DNA of 63,371 nt, filler included, from Rozella allomycis CSF55 (GCA_000442015.1; 5 parts of 5 records of this genome joined end to end with filler, not necessarily neighbours in it), one strand, 5' to 3'; shown: positions 48,072 through 61,606, counted from the first letter of the whole stretch. Notes: generated by a model not told the origin, from the letters alone. A program made the numbers and translations.

Positions 48072-49134
48072 TCGAATCCGCTAAAAGAAGTTTAACAACT
48101 TCCACATGTCCGCTCGCAGCAGCGGATCGGATAGCATAATTGTGAATCGCCCTAGGATCTACTCTCGAATCCGCTAAAAGAATTTTAACAACTTCCACAT
48201 GTCCATTCTCGGCAGCGGTTCGAATAGCATAATTCTCTTTTAAACTTGGATGTACTCTCGAATCAGCTAAAAAAAGTTTAACAACTTCCACATGTCCATT
48301 ACAGGCAGCATTTTTAATAGCATAAATCGTTCTTACACTTCGACCTACTCTCGAATCCGCTAAAAAAAGTTTAACAACTTCCACATGTCCATTGGCAGCA
48401 GCCATTTCAATAGCATAATTGTCATTTGCACTTGGATCTAATCTAGAATCCGCTAGCAGAAGTTTAACTACATCCACATGTCCGTTAGAGGCAGCCTTTT
48501 GAATAGCACAATTTCCCGGATTCACTCTAGAATTCGTTAGCAGAAGTTTAACAACATCCACATGTCCCTTAGAGGCAGCTTTGTTAATAGCATAATTGTA
48601 ATTTGCACCTGGATCAACTCTTTCTTGAGTTAATAAATATTTAACAATCTCAGCGTGACCATTACGAGCAGCCAATCTTATCGCATAGTTTTCTCCTGTT
48701 GAAGGATCAGGCAGTACACTGTTTTCAACAATAGACGACGTATTTTTACATGCGATCTTACCTTGAATTATATATGACAGAGATTCAGTGAAACCAAACT
48801 CACATGCAAATTGAAACGCATAATTGACAATATTTTGAGAAATGCATTTTCCCGTTCCATCTTGTACCTTAAGGAAAGCCAGAAGTCTTTCATTGTTTTC
48901 GTTAACAATATCAACGCAAATTTTTATGTTCAGCAATTTACCACATCTATAGTTGATTATCTTTTGTGTAATATATGGGCATTTCCATGAACAACATATT
49001 TCAGGTGTCTGATGAAGAATAGAGTCTAAGCAAAATGAACGAAGCCATTTGGAAGTTCTTGAAACTTGTTTTACGTCGTTGAGGTTAAGATGCGACAAAA
49101 TTAAGTGCCAAATCTCATATGGGAAGTGTTCCAT
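48072..49134 (-). CDS. F-box plus ankyrin-repeat protein (3' end truncated by gap)
   Basis: F-box FPYEIWHLILSHL...VSRTSKWLR; about 7 repeats of NYAIR.AA.NGHVEVVKLLLADSRVDP. Confidence 0.85.
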
Positions 49135-49789
49135 GCCGATTAATTTTTGGTGGCAGGTAAGGTACATACCTCGTTGAATACCTTACACAGGCCTTTTGGT
49201 ACATAAGCATACTCAAAGTTGCCTTTTAACAATGAATTAGGTGAATACTTGTGATATAAATATAGTAGTGTGTACGTTTTGATCCTTTTTTTGATGCAAC
49301 GGTACATCAGAGAGTCACGCTCTGCACAAATGTGAACATTATATTTATAATAAACAGAATGATTCCAAACTGAAAAGTTATTTTCTTAAACTATTAGTTA
49401 GTCTAGCCTAGTTCGTGTCGCCGTTTAACCAAATGAATCAATGATCATAACTCAACCACCATTTTTTTACGAAGGAACTTCTTCAAAAGCTCTAAATTTG
49501 CCATACGGGTGAAGAATGTTATGAAACAGCTGAAAAAGTGGCCATAGAATATCGAAAGAGCTACGATACACCCATGAGAACCTTGCAAAAAATGCCAAAC
49601 ACAAGTCCGGCTTTAACAGAGAAAGTTCGAAAGTTCGATGATAAGATTCAAAGTATTTCTGAAAAAAAGTTGGGGTAGTTGAAGTGCCATACATGCTTGC
49701 GTATGTAGATTTGGAGCTAACTCTATAATACAATTGTAAATAGGGAACCTTAAAGATACGTTCCTTTATTGTTTAATCCCGTGAGAAAA

Positions 49790-50521
49790 AATGCAGAGTA
49801 GAAGAGCTTACAGATTTGGAACTACTCTATCTTTAACTAAAATGTTGACAACTTCCGAATGACTTCCCTTAAAAGCACGCCGAATAAGATAATTGTCTTC
49901 TACACCTGGATCTACTCTAGAATCTGCAAGCAAAAGTTTAACAACTTCGTCANCACCCACTCATCACGGAGAAATCCAACCCCAAACCAGGAAAGGTATT
50001 AAATACTAATTCCTGATTTGGACACTGCGGTTTAAAAACCAACTATCGGGCAAAAACCCGATAGCACCAACCCATCTTCTCTTTCCACTGGACAAGAAAG
50101 ATGCTAAAACCAATTCATATCTTCGCTTAGCAATTCGCAAAAATATGAATTCACTACCGGCGCGAATCACTCCAAACNTTTTAATATTCTTGACATGCAC
50201 CGCTATTAGACCTAGACGAGAGCTGAGGGAAAGAAGTCGATGACCGTGGAGAGCTTTAGTAAATATATCGGCGAGCATTCTTTGACTCTCACAAANGATA
50301 TCCTTCATTTCATCCAAGAAAATGAACATAAGGTTCACCACGTTTTTGATCATGCAATTAACTGCGTACAAGCTCCCAATGACCAAATTTTCCTCCAGTT
50401 GTTGTNAAGAAGAATTTTAACAGCCTCCACATGTCCATATTTGCTAGACACGATGATAGCGTAATTGCCATTTGCACCTGGATCTACTCTAGAATCTGAG
50501 AGCAAAAGTTTAACAACTTCG
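49790..50521 (-). pseudogene. Ankyrin-repeat fragments of the same family (49790-49951, 50407-50521) interleaved with other contigs
   Basis: EVVKLLLADSRVDPG and EVVKLLLSDSRVDPGANGNYAI translations. Confidence 0.6.
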
Positions 50522-50523
50522 AN

Positions 50524-50916
50524 TGGAGTTTATGTGTAGTTACCGCAAGAGAAATGTATTCCGCTTCATTACTAGTTTTAGCAGTGTTCTTTTGTCTAAA
50601 ACTCTTCTAAGAAATAGAAGGGTTCCCCAACTGAATAAGATAACCACCAAAAAACGATGTTCAAGATCACCTCCGCCAAAACCAGCCTTCGAGTAACAAG
50701 ATAACTTTAGTTCCGCTAAACCACCCAAACAAACTCCAACATCAGAATTCCCTTCAAAAAAGGCAGTACATGCTTAAGACATAACCAATGAATATTTCTA
50801 GGAGAATCTTGGAAACGAGAAAGTAGATTAAGTGCAGAACATATATCAGGCCTTGTCTTGATGGCGATTGAAAAGAGACATCCAATGATTGTTCGAAATG
50901 ATTCACATAAGGATTT
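50524..50916 (-). mobile_element. Ty1/copia RT end/RNase H remnant (plus ADIFTKAL fragment at ~50200-50290)
   Basis: IGCLFSIAIKTRPDICSALNLLSRF..P...HW..LKHVL; MLADIFTKAL. Confidence 0.75.
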
Positions 50917-50917
50917 N

Positions 50918-53900
50918 CCACTGGACAAGAAAGATGCTACAACCAATTCATATCTTTGCTTAGCAATTTGCAAAAATATGAATTCACTACCGGCGCGAAT
51001 CACTCCAAACACAATTGATGGGGCGGCCGATCAAACTACTCAGTACTTTGTGCTGAACTTTACACAACAAAACAAAAACAATAAAATTTATATACAACGA
51101 CCTAATTACATCAAAGTTACTGCTGAACTCTGCAGGCCTCGGAAAAAAGGTAAAAAGCATTATTGCCACTTATGCGCCTTTCAAGGCAACATAAATTCTA
51201 CTGACTGTAAATCGCTAATAATTGAGCATCAAAACGTCCGCGGACTTGGCGACAATATCTACAACTACAAATCAGACCAACTAAAGGATTACATTCTAAA
51301 TCGACGACCAGATATCTTCACACTGTCTGACACTGGCACCCATCACCGTCACCTGTCTAAATATTTCAAATATAATTTGAAGCCACATGGATACACTTTG
51401 TTTCATGACGGTAACGAAAAGCAGCATCATGGAACTGCTATCATTATGGATTCTAGGTTCACAAAATACATTCAACGTTACCACTGCCAACCCGGCCGTG
51501 GTATCATGCTACGACTTAAACTCAAAGACCTTGACTTACTGTTAATATCCATATATTACCCAGCATGTAGAGCATCTCCTGAAATTCCCTTAATTCAAAA
51601 TTTCATTAAACAGGCAATTAATTAAACCCAGCCAAACACAGATATTATAATTGTGGGCGATTGGAACGCTACTAACGACCCGACGATGGATCGCATTCAA
51701 TTGTCAAACATGCGCAACAATCGACCGGAATCCACCATACTGCAATACTTGAGGCGCAAACACTTTGTGGACCCATTCAGGGAGCAGCACCCACAACAAT
51801 TGGCGTATACATACAACAACACATCACGTATAGACTTCTTTCTCGTCAGACTACAACGAACCACCAACGTTGATAATTGCACTATACTGGCCTTCCCAGT
51901 AGAATCAGATCACAAGGCCATACAGCTAAAGGTAACACTCCCAATACGTTTACCTTTNCTCCTGACATTCCCGTAATTCAAAATTTCATTCAACAGACAA
52001 TTAATCAAGCTCAGCCAAACACAGATATTATCATTGTGGGCGATTGGAATGCTACTAACGACCCAACGATGGATCGCATTCAATTGTCAAACACGCGCAA
52101 CAATCGACCGGAATCCACCATATTGCAATACTTGAAACGCAANTACATAAGGATTTTAAAGTACCATCATCTTGTTCAGAACTTGGAATTTCATAAAGCG
52201 TACTTGGCTTTATACTTGGATCAAAAGTTGTAACAGCTGGAATACAATCACTCATATTTGTTCTCTTTAATAGATTTGAAACATAACTTTGTGTAATAGA
52301 ACAAGTAAAGATAGAAGTAAAAGACCAGGGGTCTTAGTTTATTAATTGGCCTTAGCCAATACATTATCCCGTCCATTATGAAGGAGAACCGCGGTGAAGG
52401 TAAGATCTGGGTGAGCGGATTGAGGCACAGGCTTTAATCGATCGGGATGAACAAGATCCTGCTTGACNGAATTCGCTATCACTTCTGTCAAAGCCATAAA
52501 TAAATTAAGGCGAAACCATATCAGACAATCTATCAAAACCAAATGTGAAGCTCGCAAACAACAATTCTTAAATCGCATCAAGCGAACACTCCAAAGCATT
52601 TTCGACGANTCAATATCTCATCCGCAAACATGCCAAAAGCGAGCTCCCGATAAAACACAGTACGAATCAACGTAAACCAAAAATGACCCCATCACGTTAT
52701 CTTAAAGATATACAGAAACTTATAAAGGCAAAGCATAATTTAATTACCTTGACTTTGGATCAAATATCGCAAATACTAGATAAATATAATCTATACATTG
52801 ATCAAACTAGCTTCAATAGTACAAAAGATTTCGCTATCACTTCTGTCAAAGCCATTAATAGATTAAGACGACACCATATCAGACAATCTATCAAAACCAA
52901 ATGTGAAGCTCGCGNCAGGCTACAACGAGCCACTAAAGTTGATAATTGCAATATACTGGCCTTCCCAGTAGAATCCGATCACAAGGCCATACAGCTAAAG
53001 GTAACACTCCCAATACGTTTACCCTTTTATAAACCATTTGAATATAGCCGATGGGCATTAGACCCAAGCTTACAAACGCAGGCGAAAACGAAAGAGTTTC
53101 AGCAAGCCATACTCTAACAAATTTATTAAACATATTACAGCTAAGTTATCAAATACGGATACTCTCGATTTCAACTTTTCTAATTATCTCAACCAACTCC
53201 AANTCGAAGACGCGCTTTTTGGCTGGAAACCTGTAGTTGCTCTAAAGGGTCCGCAGGACGTTGGATGGTGTCTTCTTGATCGGAAATTTCAGACAGTAAG
53301 AAAGGATCGTTGGGAAGACGAGGCTTAGTACCNAAAGCTTACTAACGCAGGCGAAAACGAAAGATTTTCAGCAAGCCATACTCTCAAACAAACTTATTAA
53401 ACATATTACAGCTAAGCTATCACATACGGATACTCTCGATTTCAACTTTTCTAATTATCTCAACCAACTCCAATATTCATCCGCAAACATGCCAAAACCG
53501 AGCTTCCGGTAAAACACAGTACAAATCAACGTAAACCAAAAATCACTTCATCACGTTATCTTAAGGATATAAAGAAACTTATAAAAGCAAAACATAACTT
53601 AATTACCTTGACGTTGGACCAAATATCGCAAATACTAGATAAACATAATCTATACATTGATCGAACTAGCTTCAATAGTACAAAAGAATTCGCTATCACT
53701 TCTGTCAAAGCCATAAATAAATTAAGGCGAAACCATATCAGACAATCTATCAAAACCAAATGTGAAGCTCGCAAACAACAATTCTTAAATCGCATCAAGC
53801 GAACACTCCAAAGCATTTTCGACGATGAAAATCAAACACCCCCATAGACTTTATTCTCTCAAACGGCGAATTTATAGATGAGCCCCAACTTGTAAAAGCA

Positions 53901-55528
53901 AAGATCCGATCCTACTTCAAAGATGAAATCTTTAAAGCCAGACATCAAGACTTACTTACTTTCGATTCTCTCTCAGACAAATGGAAGCCGATCTATACCC
54001 CACCTCCCAAAACACCAACCTGCCTAGACGCACTTAACCGTCCATTCACTTTACACGAGGTTATTGACTGTCTTGCCAACGCGCCGACACATAAAGCACC
54101 TGGGCCATCTGGCATCACTTTCGAAATACTTAATCTCCTGCCATGTAATGTTATTGAAATTATTACTAAATGCTTTAACGATATTATGCGCTATGGCACC
54201 ATTCCACATTGTCTTAAGAATATGCATCTTGTTCTAATCCCCAAGGATAAACATTGGAATGGCGACGTATCACGGACGCGCCCAATAGCACTTCTAGAAT
54301 CAATGAAGAAACTATTGTCCCTTCTCATTACAAACCGTCTCAACACATACATATCTACCAACAACCTACTGAAAGGCTCCAACGCGGGTTTCAATCCTGG
54401 TCACAGTTGCAACGACGTCATTGTCTCACTACGCTCATTNAACATCAAGACTTACCTACTTTCGATTCCCTCCCAGACAAATGGAAGCCTATCTATACCC
54501 CACCTCCCATAACACCAATATCCCTAGAGGCACTTAACCGTCCGTTCACTCTACACGAGGTTATTGACTGCCTAACAAATGCGCCGACACATAAAGCACC
54601 CGGGCCATCTGGTATCACTTTCGAAATTCTCAATCTTCTGCCATGGAATGTAATTGAAATAATTACCAAATGCTTTAATGATATTATGCGCTATGGAACC
54701 ATTCCGCATTGTCTTAAAAATATGAATCTTGTTCTAATCCCCAAGGATAAACATTGGAATGGCGACGTATCACGGACGCGCCCAATAGCACTTCTAGAGT
54801 CAATGAAAAAACTATTGTCCCTTCTCATTACTAACCGTCTCAACACATACATATCTGCCAACAACCTACTGATAGGCTCCAACGCGGGGTTCAATCCTGG
54901 TCACAGTTGCAACGACGTCATTGTCTCACTACGTTCATTAATTGACTCTGCCAACTTGGCGAAAAAACCACTTTACATATTAGCAATAGACATTAAAAAA
55001 GCATATGACACAGTCAAACCATCTTCAATGATACTATCACTCAAACGACTTGGTATTAACCAAACATATATCAGGGCCATCATTAATCTTGAAATGGCAC
55101 GTCAAGTCCACATCACCACAATGTATGGTCTCACTGAACCTTTTCGACCTGCACAATCAATCGCGCAAGGCTCTCCAGCTTCGTGCATTCTGTTCAGAGC
55201 ACACTGTGATCCATTATATGAAATGACAAACAAACTAAAGCTAGGGTACATGCTGCACAAAACACTTATCTCTACCCTTGGCTATGCAGACGACAAGTAT
55301 CAACCAACTTCGCACGTCGACCACATCCAATCATTCACGGTTACCAATTACGAATTCTTTGACTCTATCCACCACCAGTCAATTTGCCCAATCAAAACCA
55401 AAGTCCTTACCAATCTTACCAAAGATGATCCTCGTTTCCCACAAAACATCACCATACCACTAAACACAAATGCCATTGAAGTGTTAGAAAAACATGAACT
55501 AGTTCGCGTGTTAGGCACATTTATTACC
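50918..55528 (+). mobile_element. LINE ORF2 (APE endonuclease plus reverse transcriptase); several overlapping near-identical copies
   Basis: HQNVRGL, IVGDWNA, SRIDFFL, SDHKAI; KAPGPSGI, LIPK..TRPIALL, NAGF, AIDIKKAYD, QGSPAS, GYADD. Confidence 0.9.
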
Positions 55529-55572
55529 NNNNNNNNNNNNNNNNNNNNNNNNNNNNNNNNNNNNNNNNNNNN

Positions 55573-55584
55573 TTAATTAATTAA
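55573..55584. other. Artificial scaffold linker
   Basis: TTAATTAATTAA within N run. Confidence 0.95.
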
Positions 55585-57217
55585 NNNNNNNNNNNNNNNN
55601 NNNNNNNNNNNNNNNNNNNNNNNNNNNNGGGGGGCTCGAGCAGACGCCTATTTACAGAAATTGAAACGTCGCTTATTAAGAAGTTCCAAGATCAATTTTG
55701 ACGAGCGTAGTGACGATATCTGTCATTTTCTATGTCACAAAGGGAACATGAAAGATTAAGTTAAACGAATCAAAGTGATGTGATAGAACTCGATTAGGGG
55801 CTGACTGACCTTAAAAAAGTACTGTGAGTGACAGTATATGAAACTGTAAACTAGTTAGTTGAATGTAATCCGGAGATAGCCGGAACGTGCCAGGGTTTAT
55901 TTAAGCGTCCTTTTATAAGGTTCAGTGTCTATGGTAACAGGATTGATTTCGTCTGTAAGCTGTCATGATGTTCTTTAGGTAATGAGGATCGCAGAATTAA
56001 CATTATCAATTTCGTTTCATGTTAACATAAGACAATGAAATTTCCTATCAGTTTCGATAGTTCCATTCCTGGGAATGCGAATTATCCCGGAGGTAAGTAC
56101 CATTCTTTGTTATATAGAGTATAAAGATGTAAAGCCAGGGTTTTACTTGATTATTACGTGAATATTGAATTTTAATGGATATAATAATGTGTCAGCAAGT
56201 ATCACTCAGAGTGAAAAACTTGATTATTATATGAGTGTTCATGTGGATATAATAATGTGCATGGCGAGTATCATGCGGAATGAAACCTTGATTATTATAT
56301 GTGATTATTCGCAAGGCTAATCATGTGTAAGCGCAATTATGACTACTCGGAGTGCAATTATTTGCGCAATAATGTGTGGTGCTATCTTTATCACGCGGAA
56401 TGATAAAGGAGGTGGTATGAACAGAGATTATGTTTAGATGATTATCTACACTGTAGTCCTCCGTGTGTCCTTTCAAGATCTTTTGCCGGCTTTCCGAAAG
56501 GACTAGGATTACAATTACATTCACGTTAATTGTTTTGGTGTATGATTNCTAGGATTGTAATTACATTCACGTTAATTGTTGTGGTGTATGATTTTACCAT
56601 GGATTGTTATTTCTGACCTAAGCGGTCTCTTTGAGCTCTCTTTGTTAATCTTGATATCTTGGAATTTTACATCTTTTGGGTGGGGCTTTCTGAAGCTGAA
56701 AATCTTTTGTTGATCTTCTTTCCCAGTATCTGTGAATAGGTCTGTTATGAATAATATACGTACGAGCCCACAAAATTTCCTTTCCCTGCCCAAACCAATC
56801 TATTTTCACGTGTAAATTGGAGAGCAAAAATAGGCAGAAAACTGACATTTACACCTACTAGCCCAGTTTTTATATTATTTATTTTTTGCTCTTTATAGCC
56901 CACTGAGTAAGTTTTAGAGCCCACGTCTAAGCCATCATACCATATTTTATCTACTTAGCCCATAAAACCAACAAAGTAGTGTTAACATTTTTACAAAAGA
57001 TATGTCGTATTACTAATAATAGACGAAAGAGTCCAGGAATAGAATCTGTTCACGTGCACAAAACCAATAAGAAATGATCCTCACTAATATAAGAAGCCTC
57101 GCCTAAATTAAATAAATGTCCTTCTTTTTACATTTTTCGCGATTTTTTTGGAGAGTTTCTATTACCCGGGTCCCGAAACACAAGTCGTTCTAATATTGTG
57201 CAAGATCGTCCGTGACA

Positions 57218-57229
57218 CTCCCCCCTCTT
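57218..57229 (-). promoter_or_regulatory. Polypurine tract abutting a 3' LTR start (TG at 57217, minus strand)
   Basis: Minus strand reads AAGAGGGGGGAG|TGTCACGG, downstream of the minus-strand gypsy pol. Confidence 0.7.
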
Positions 57230-58712
57230 GATAGTCTTGCCCACTACTTCGAGGATAGCTGAAGTGGCCTACTTCAAGCTATAATCCGAAGACCGGGTTG
57301 TGACCATGGTGCGATACCTTTTGGAGATTTACCTCGGCCTTTATATTGAGCGTTCAGGGTACCACGAGATTCATCCAAAANCCATATTGAGCGTTCAGGG
57401 TACCACGAGAATCATCCAATCCTCTCGACGGAACAACGCCAGTCTCTTATTCGTGCTAGCAACATCATCTCTGACGTTCTCTCATAGAACGGATAAGAAA
57501 TAAATAAGTAATTTCTAAAAGTAATAACTAAAGTCAATGAGATCGGAATATTTATTCTGACTTGGGATTTGGTATTTTCCAAATTTCACAAGTAAGTTTG
57601 GTACTTTAATTTTCAGATAGTGATTTAAGGTAAAAGTATCTTGCCGCTTGAAAAGAATAATTTTACGAGAGAGTTGTTGGAGTAGTTCTGATCGGGAGCC
57701 TGGGGAAAGATACCAGCACTGATTCCTTTAACGAAAATCATTGAGAACCTTTGGGAGTGGCAAAGTTCCAACTGACTAACCATCGGGTACCAAGGACAAG
57801 GGGTGTCCAGGCAAGGCTGTAATCCTCCGTGCGGAGATGTCTTCTACCTAGTGGTTTCCGAGTATGAGCGAGTTCTGATAAACTTTGACTTAAATGTTTT
57901 GAATCGAGTGGTTTCGTGGAAACAGGGGAATGTCGGTAACAAAATCCCTTCTTATTCGTTGAAAGAGCCTCGAAGCGATTCTAATTGCTTTGACTCAAAA
58001 ACAGTCACCACGGAATTAGATTGATCCAGGCTCCTTAGTGCTTCTGACCGTTCGACTTCTCCATTTCTAAATAAATATTCTTCCTTAATAACTCTTGTAT
58101 TGAAGTTTTAATTATTTCTATTGTATACACATTTAATTGTGACCGGTTTTATAATTAATGTTTGTTAATAGCGTTATCGTTACTATGTGTTATAGCAGTG
58201 ATTATATTGTATCTGCAAATTTTTGATATAATTAATAAAATAAATAATGATCATGTATTTTGTAATTGTATCCTTTATTGTTGNCGGTAACAAAATCCCT
58301 TCTTATTCGTTGAAAGAGCCTCGAAGCGATTCTAATTGCTTTGACTCAAAAACAGTCACCACGGAATTAGATTGATCCAGGCTCCTTAGTGCTTCTGACC
58401 GTTCGACTTCTCCATTTCTAAATAAATATTCTTCCTTAATAACTCTTGTATTGAAGTTTTAATTATTTCTATTGTATACACATTTAATTGTGACCGGTTT
58501 TATAATTAATGTTTGTTAATAGCGTTATCGTTACTATGTGTTATAGCAGTGATTAGATTGTATCTGCAAATTTTTGATATAATTAATAAAATAAATAATG
58601 ATCATGTATTTTGTAATTGTATCCTTTATTGTTGTCTACTCCTCAATTAAGAATGATGAGTACCGTTAGAAGTATCGTTAACAATGTTAGGAGTGTTATG
58701 CAATTCGTCAGC

Positions 58713-60992
58713 TTAAGTCGACAATTTAGCCTTCTTTTGAATTGGTGTATTGGTTTTACGAGAGTTTTTCCTTTGTCTTTTGCCTGAGTTCCAATATTTG
58801 CGTATTATATCAAGATCTTGAAAGTCGCTCGTTTTAACCCATTCATTCTCAGTTGAAGTTAAACCTTTCCATGGTACATAGTATTCATCTTCCTTGGTTT
58901 CCTTGTTCTGTCTATGATTGAGAATGCCCTCCATCTCTCGATGCTTCTATTGGGGTTTGATAGTATAGCTTTAGAGATGATGGAAGACGTTCATATATTG
59001 ATCCATCCTGACCTTTTATTATGTAGGCAGCACCTTTATTGCGTCGTTTAACTAAGTATGGTCCTGTATATCTTGGCTGAGCCTTCGAATTTCGCAATCA
59101 TCTTTAATCATCACGTAAGCACCAGGTTGAAAGTATACAAGCTTATTATTTTATATGAATTTTCCCCCTTCCAAAGAATGATGTTGCTTCGTGTTCGCTA
59201 CTATTTCTGGGTAAACTACCGAGGTCATATAATTTAATCTTGCTTATAATTCTTCTGGAGTCAGTAATTCAGACTTTGTTTGCGAATAATTTGAAAAACC
59301 GTTTACAGGTCTGGCAAACATTAGAGAGTAAGGAGATGCTTTTGTTACGTTAGATGCTTTAATATTCATAGCGTATTGAGTGTTGGGAACTTATAAATCC
59401 CAATCCTGCTCTTTACCTTGAAGTACTTTGTAAATACATAGAGAAGCATGTCCAACGTTTCTATCAACTAATCCATTTGCACGCGGATGATATGCCGTGA
59501 TTACGCGCCTGTCAATAGATGCAATTTCAGCTATTGTTTCTATAACTTGATTAACAAACTCAATCCCATTATTGCGTTGCATGATGTTAGGAAATCCTAC
59601 ATCACAGAAGAGCTTAAACAAGTCTTCCGCCACCGCATACATGTACTTATTTTTTAAAGGTCTTAAAAATGTAAACCTTATACAGACATCGACGACTACT
59701 AAACGAAATTTGTTTTGCCGAGATGACATTGGGAATTCTTTCAAATCTATTGCGATGTGGTCGAATGGTAGGTTTGCTGTTAAGGACGATAATGGATGAA
59801 ATCCTAATTTTACAATATTAAAACGCTGACAATCTATGCGATGCTGGGCCACTTTTTGATAATCATTTCTAACACTATTCCAAGTTAATCCACGTCATAT
59901 GATATATTTTAGCATCAATTTGTCTCAAAAATTTCCTTGCAAATGGGCTTCGTTTAAAAGGTTTTCACGTTCATTTTCAGGAACTTCCTTTAAGTTTGAA
60001 TCAGTAACAATATCAATAATCTGACTTCTTAAATCTCCTTGTTTTCTCTCTGATGGTAAATTAATATTTTCAAAAGCTGTTTCAGATAAATTTATGAATT
60101 CACAATCTTCTTTATTTCGGTGATTTCCTTTAAATGTCCAAACTATGATTGTGTCATAATCTGGTTTTGTTTCGGAAATATTTTGATCAATTTTATTAAA
60201 TGTACCATCCATGTTTGTTACTATGATGGGATTTCTAATTGATATAGATTTTAATTTGGTAAACCAAGGTTGAGTTGAATCATTTGGAGTTATTATCGAT
60301 CCTTCAGCTTCGTCTTTAACAATTTTGTTTAAAATGCGTTCAATAACTTCTACTGGTGGATCTATCTAAAGTTTCTCATATCTCCAAGAAATTCTAAAAG
60401 ATGATTTATCTTTTGTAAAATATACTGGGAATGGTGATGTGAAGGAGTAGCGAAATAATCTATTGTAAAACTACCTAATATGTTTTGAAGGTTTTGAAAT
60501 ATCTTAGGATGTAATTGCCATTTTATATCAAATTCATTTCAACTTCTTGAACAACATCTTGGTCATAAAAGCGACTAAGTGCATCAGGTAATACATTTAA
60601 TATTCCTGGTCGATGTACTATATCAAAGTCATATGATAGTAATGTTTCGAGCCAATTATTAATCATTTGGTTAGTATGATTTTGAGTAAATATAAAAGTC
60701 AAGGGTTTGTGATCTGTAAAAAGAGTAAAATGGGTACCAAAGATATAGTAACGAAACTTATCCAAAGCAAAGATTATCGCTGCTAATTCCCGTTTCGTTG
60801 CTCCATAACCTTTTTCTCCAGATGGTAAAGCTCTTGAAGCAAATGAAATGTAAGTTACTCGATTATCATATTCCTGATACAATTCCGCTCCTAAGACCTT
60901 GTTAGATGCATACGTTGCTACAAAAATTGGATAGTCAAAATTGGGAGAGGACAAAACTACATTGGATGTTAAAATTTTCTTTAATTTCAAAT
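58713..60992 (-). mobile_element. Ty3/gypsy chromovirus pol remnant: RNase H, adenine-MTase-like domain, integrase (Zn finger, core, GPY), chromodomain
   Basis: RNase H YGATKRELAAIIFAL..F..TDHKPL..DALSR; integrase PFDHIAIDL..TAYHPRANG; PRYTGPY; EYYVPWKG...NEWV. No n between 58285 and 61055. Confidence 0.88.
60126..60520 (-). pseudogene. DIRS-type DNA N6-adenine methyltransferase-like domain inside gypsy pol
   Basis: Manual translation (one internal frameshift, one TAG): KWQLHPKIFQNLQNILGSFTIDYFATPSHHH~PVYFTKDKSSFRISWRYEKL*IDPPVEVIERILNKIVKDEAEGSIITPNDSTQPWFTKL...IIVWTFKG. Confidence 0.75.
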
Positions 60993-61055
60993 ATATAGGT
61001 ACTAGAATTACCCCGGAGACACCTACCATAATGTGTCATCCCCTTTATCCCATAT
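60993..61055 (+). repeat. Terminus of a TIR-like insertion (copy 1)
   Basis: ATATAGGTACTAGAAT.ACCCCGGAGACACCT.CCATAATGTGTCATCCCC, near-identical to 61607-61689. Confidence 0.65.
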
Positions 61056-61056
61056 C

Positions 61057-61606
61057 AATAAATATATTTTTTAATNCAAATAAATAAATAATTTAACAGA
61101 TGCCTTTATTGCTCTAGACGCTTGTAGTAATCCTCCAGTACACCGAAAGCAATATCGCATACCCTTTGCATTACACGAGGTTGTTGATCAACAAATTAAA
61201 GATTGCAAATCGGAATCGGTGATAGAAAAATTAGGTAGTCCAACCCCATGGAATAATTCTTTATTAGTCGTCCCGAAAAAGGATATTGCTAGAAAGGTTA
61301 AAGGCTGGCGTATTTGCATTGACCCACGACACATTAACAAAATGTTACCCGTCGATAACTATCCATTACCATTAATTAAAGACATACCTGAATCAGTAAA
61401 AGGTTCGAAAGTATTTTCCAGAATAGATTTAAAATCAGGCTTTAATCAATTCAGGCTTAAAGAATCTGACAAAGTGATGACAGCTTTTACTTGGAAAGTT
61501 CGGCAATATTGCTTCAAAGGAGAACCATTCGGCTTCAAACATATACCCGCAAACTTCCAAAGAGTTTTGTCAAAACACTTTCTAAAGTTTGATTTTGTCA
61601 AAATAC
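61057..61606 (+). mobile_element. Ty3/gypsy reverse transcriptase fragment
   Basis: QYRIPFAL, PWNNSLLVVPKK..WRICIDPR.IN, YPLP, SRIDLKSGFNQ, TAFT, PFG...PANFQR; truncated at the YIDD position. Confidence 0.88.

Noticed and set aside
48072-48660. Regular ~102-bp repeats as a CRISPR-like array
   Set aside because: They are coding ankyrin repeats in a eukaryotic gene; no unique spacers and no cas genes.
51623-51625. CAA-to-TAA in a LINE copy and TGG-to-TAG in the MTase domain as evidence of RIP
   Set aside because: Two events are too few; most decay here is by indels and mixed substitutions.
57933-58633. Tandem duplications around single n bases (also 19921-20110, 27464-27520, 32588-32835, 53940-54940, 63014-63371)
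   Set aside because: Each straddles an 'n' contig join, so they are best explained as unmerged overlaps, haplotypes or collapsed repeats.
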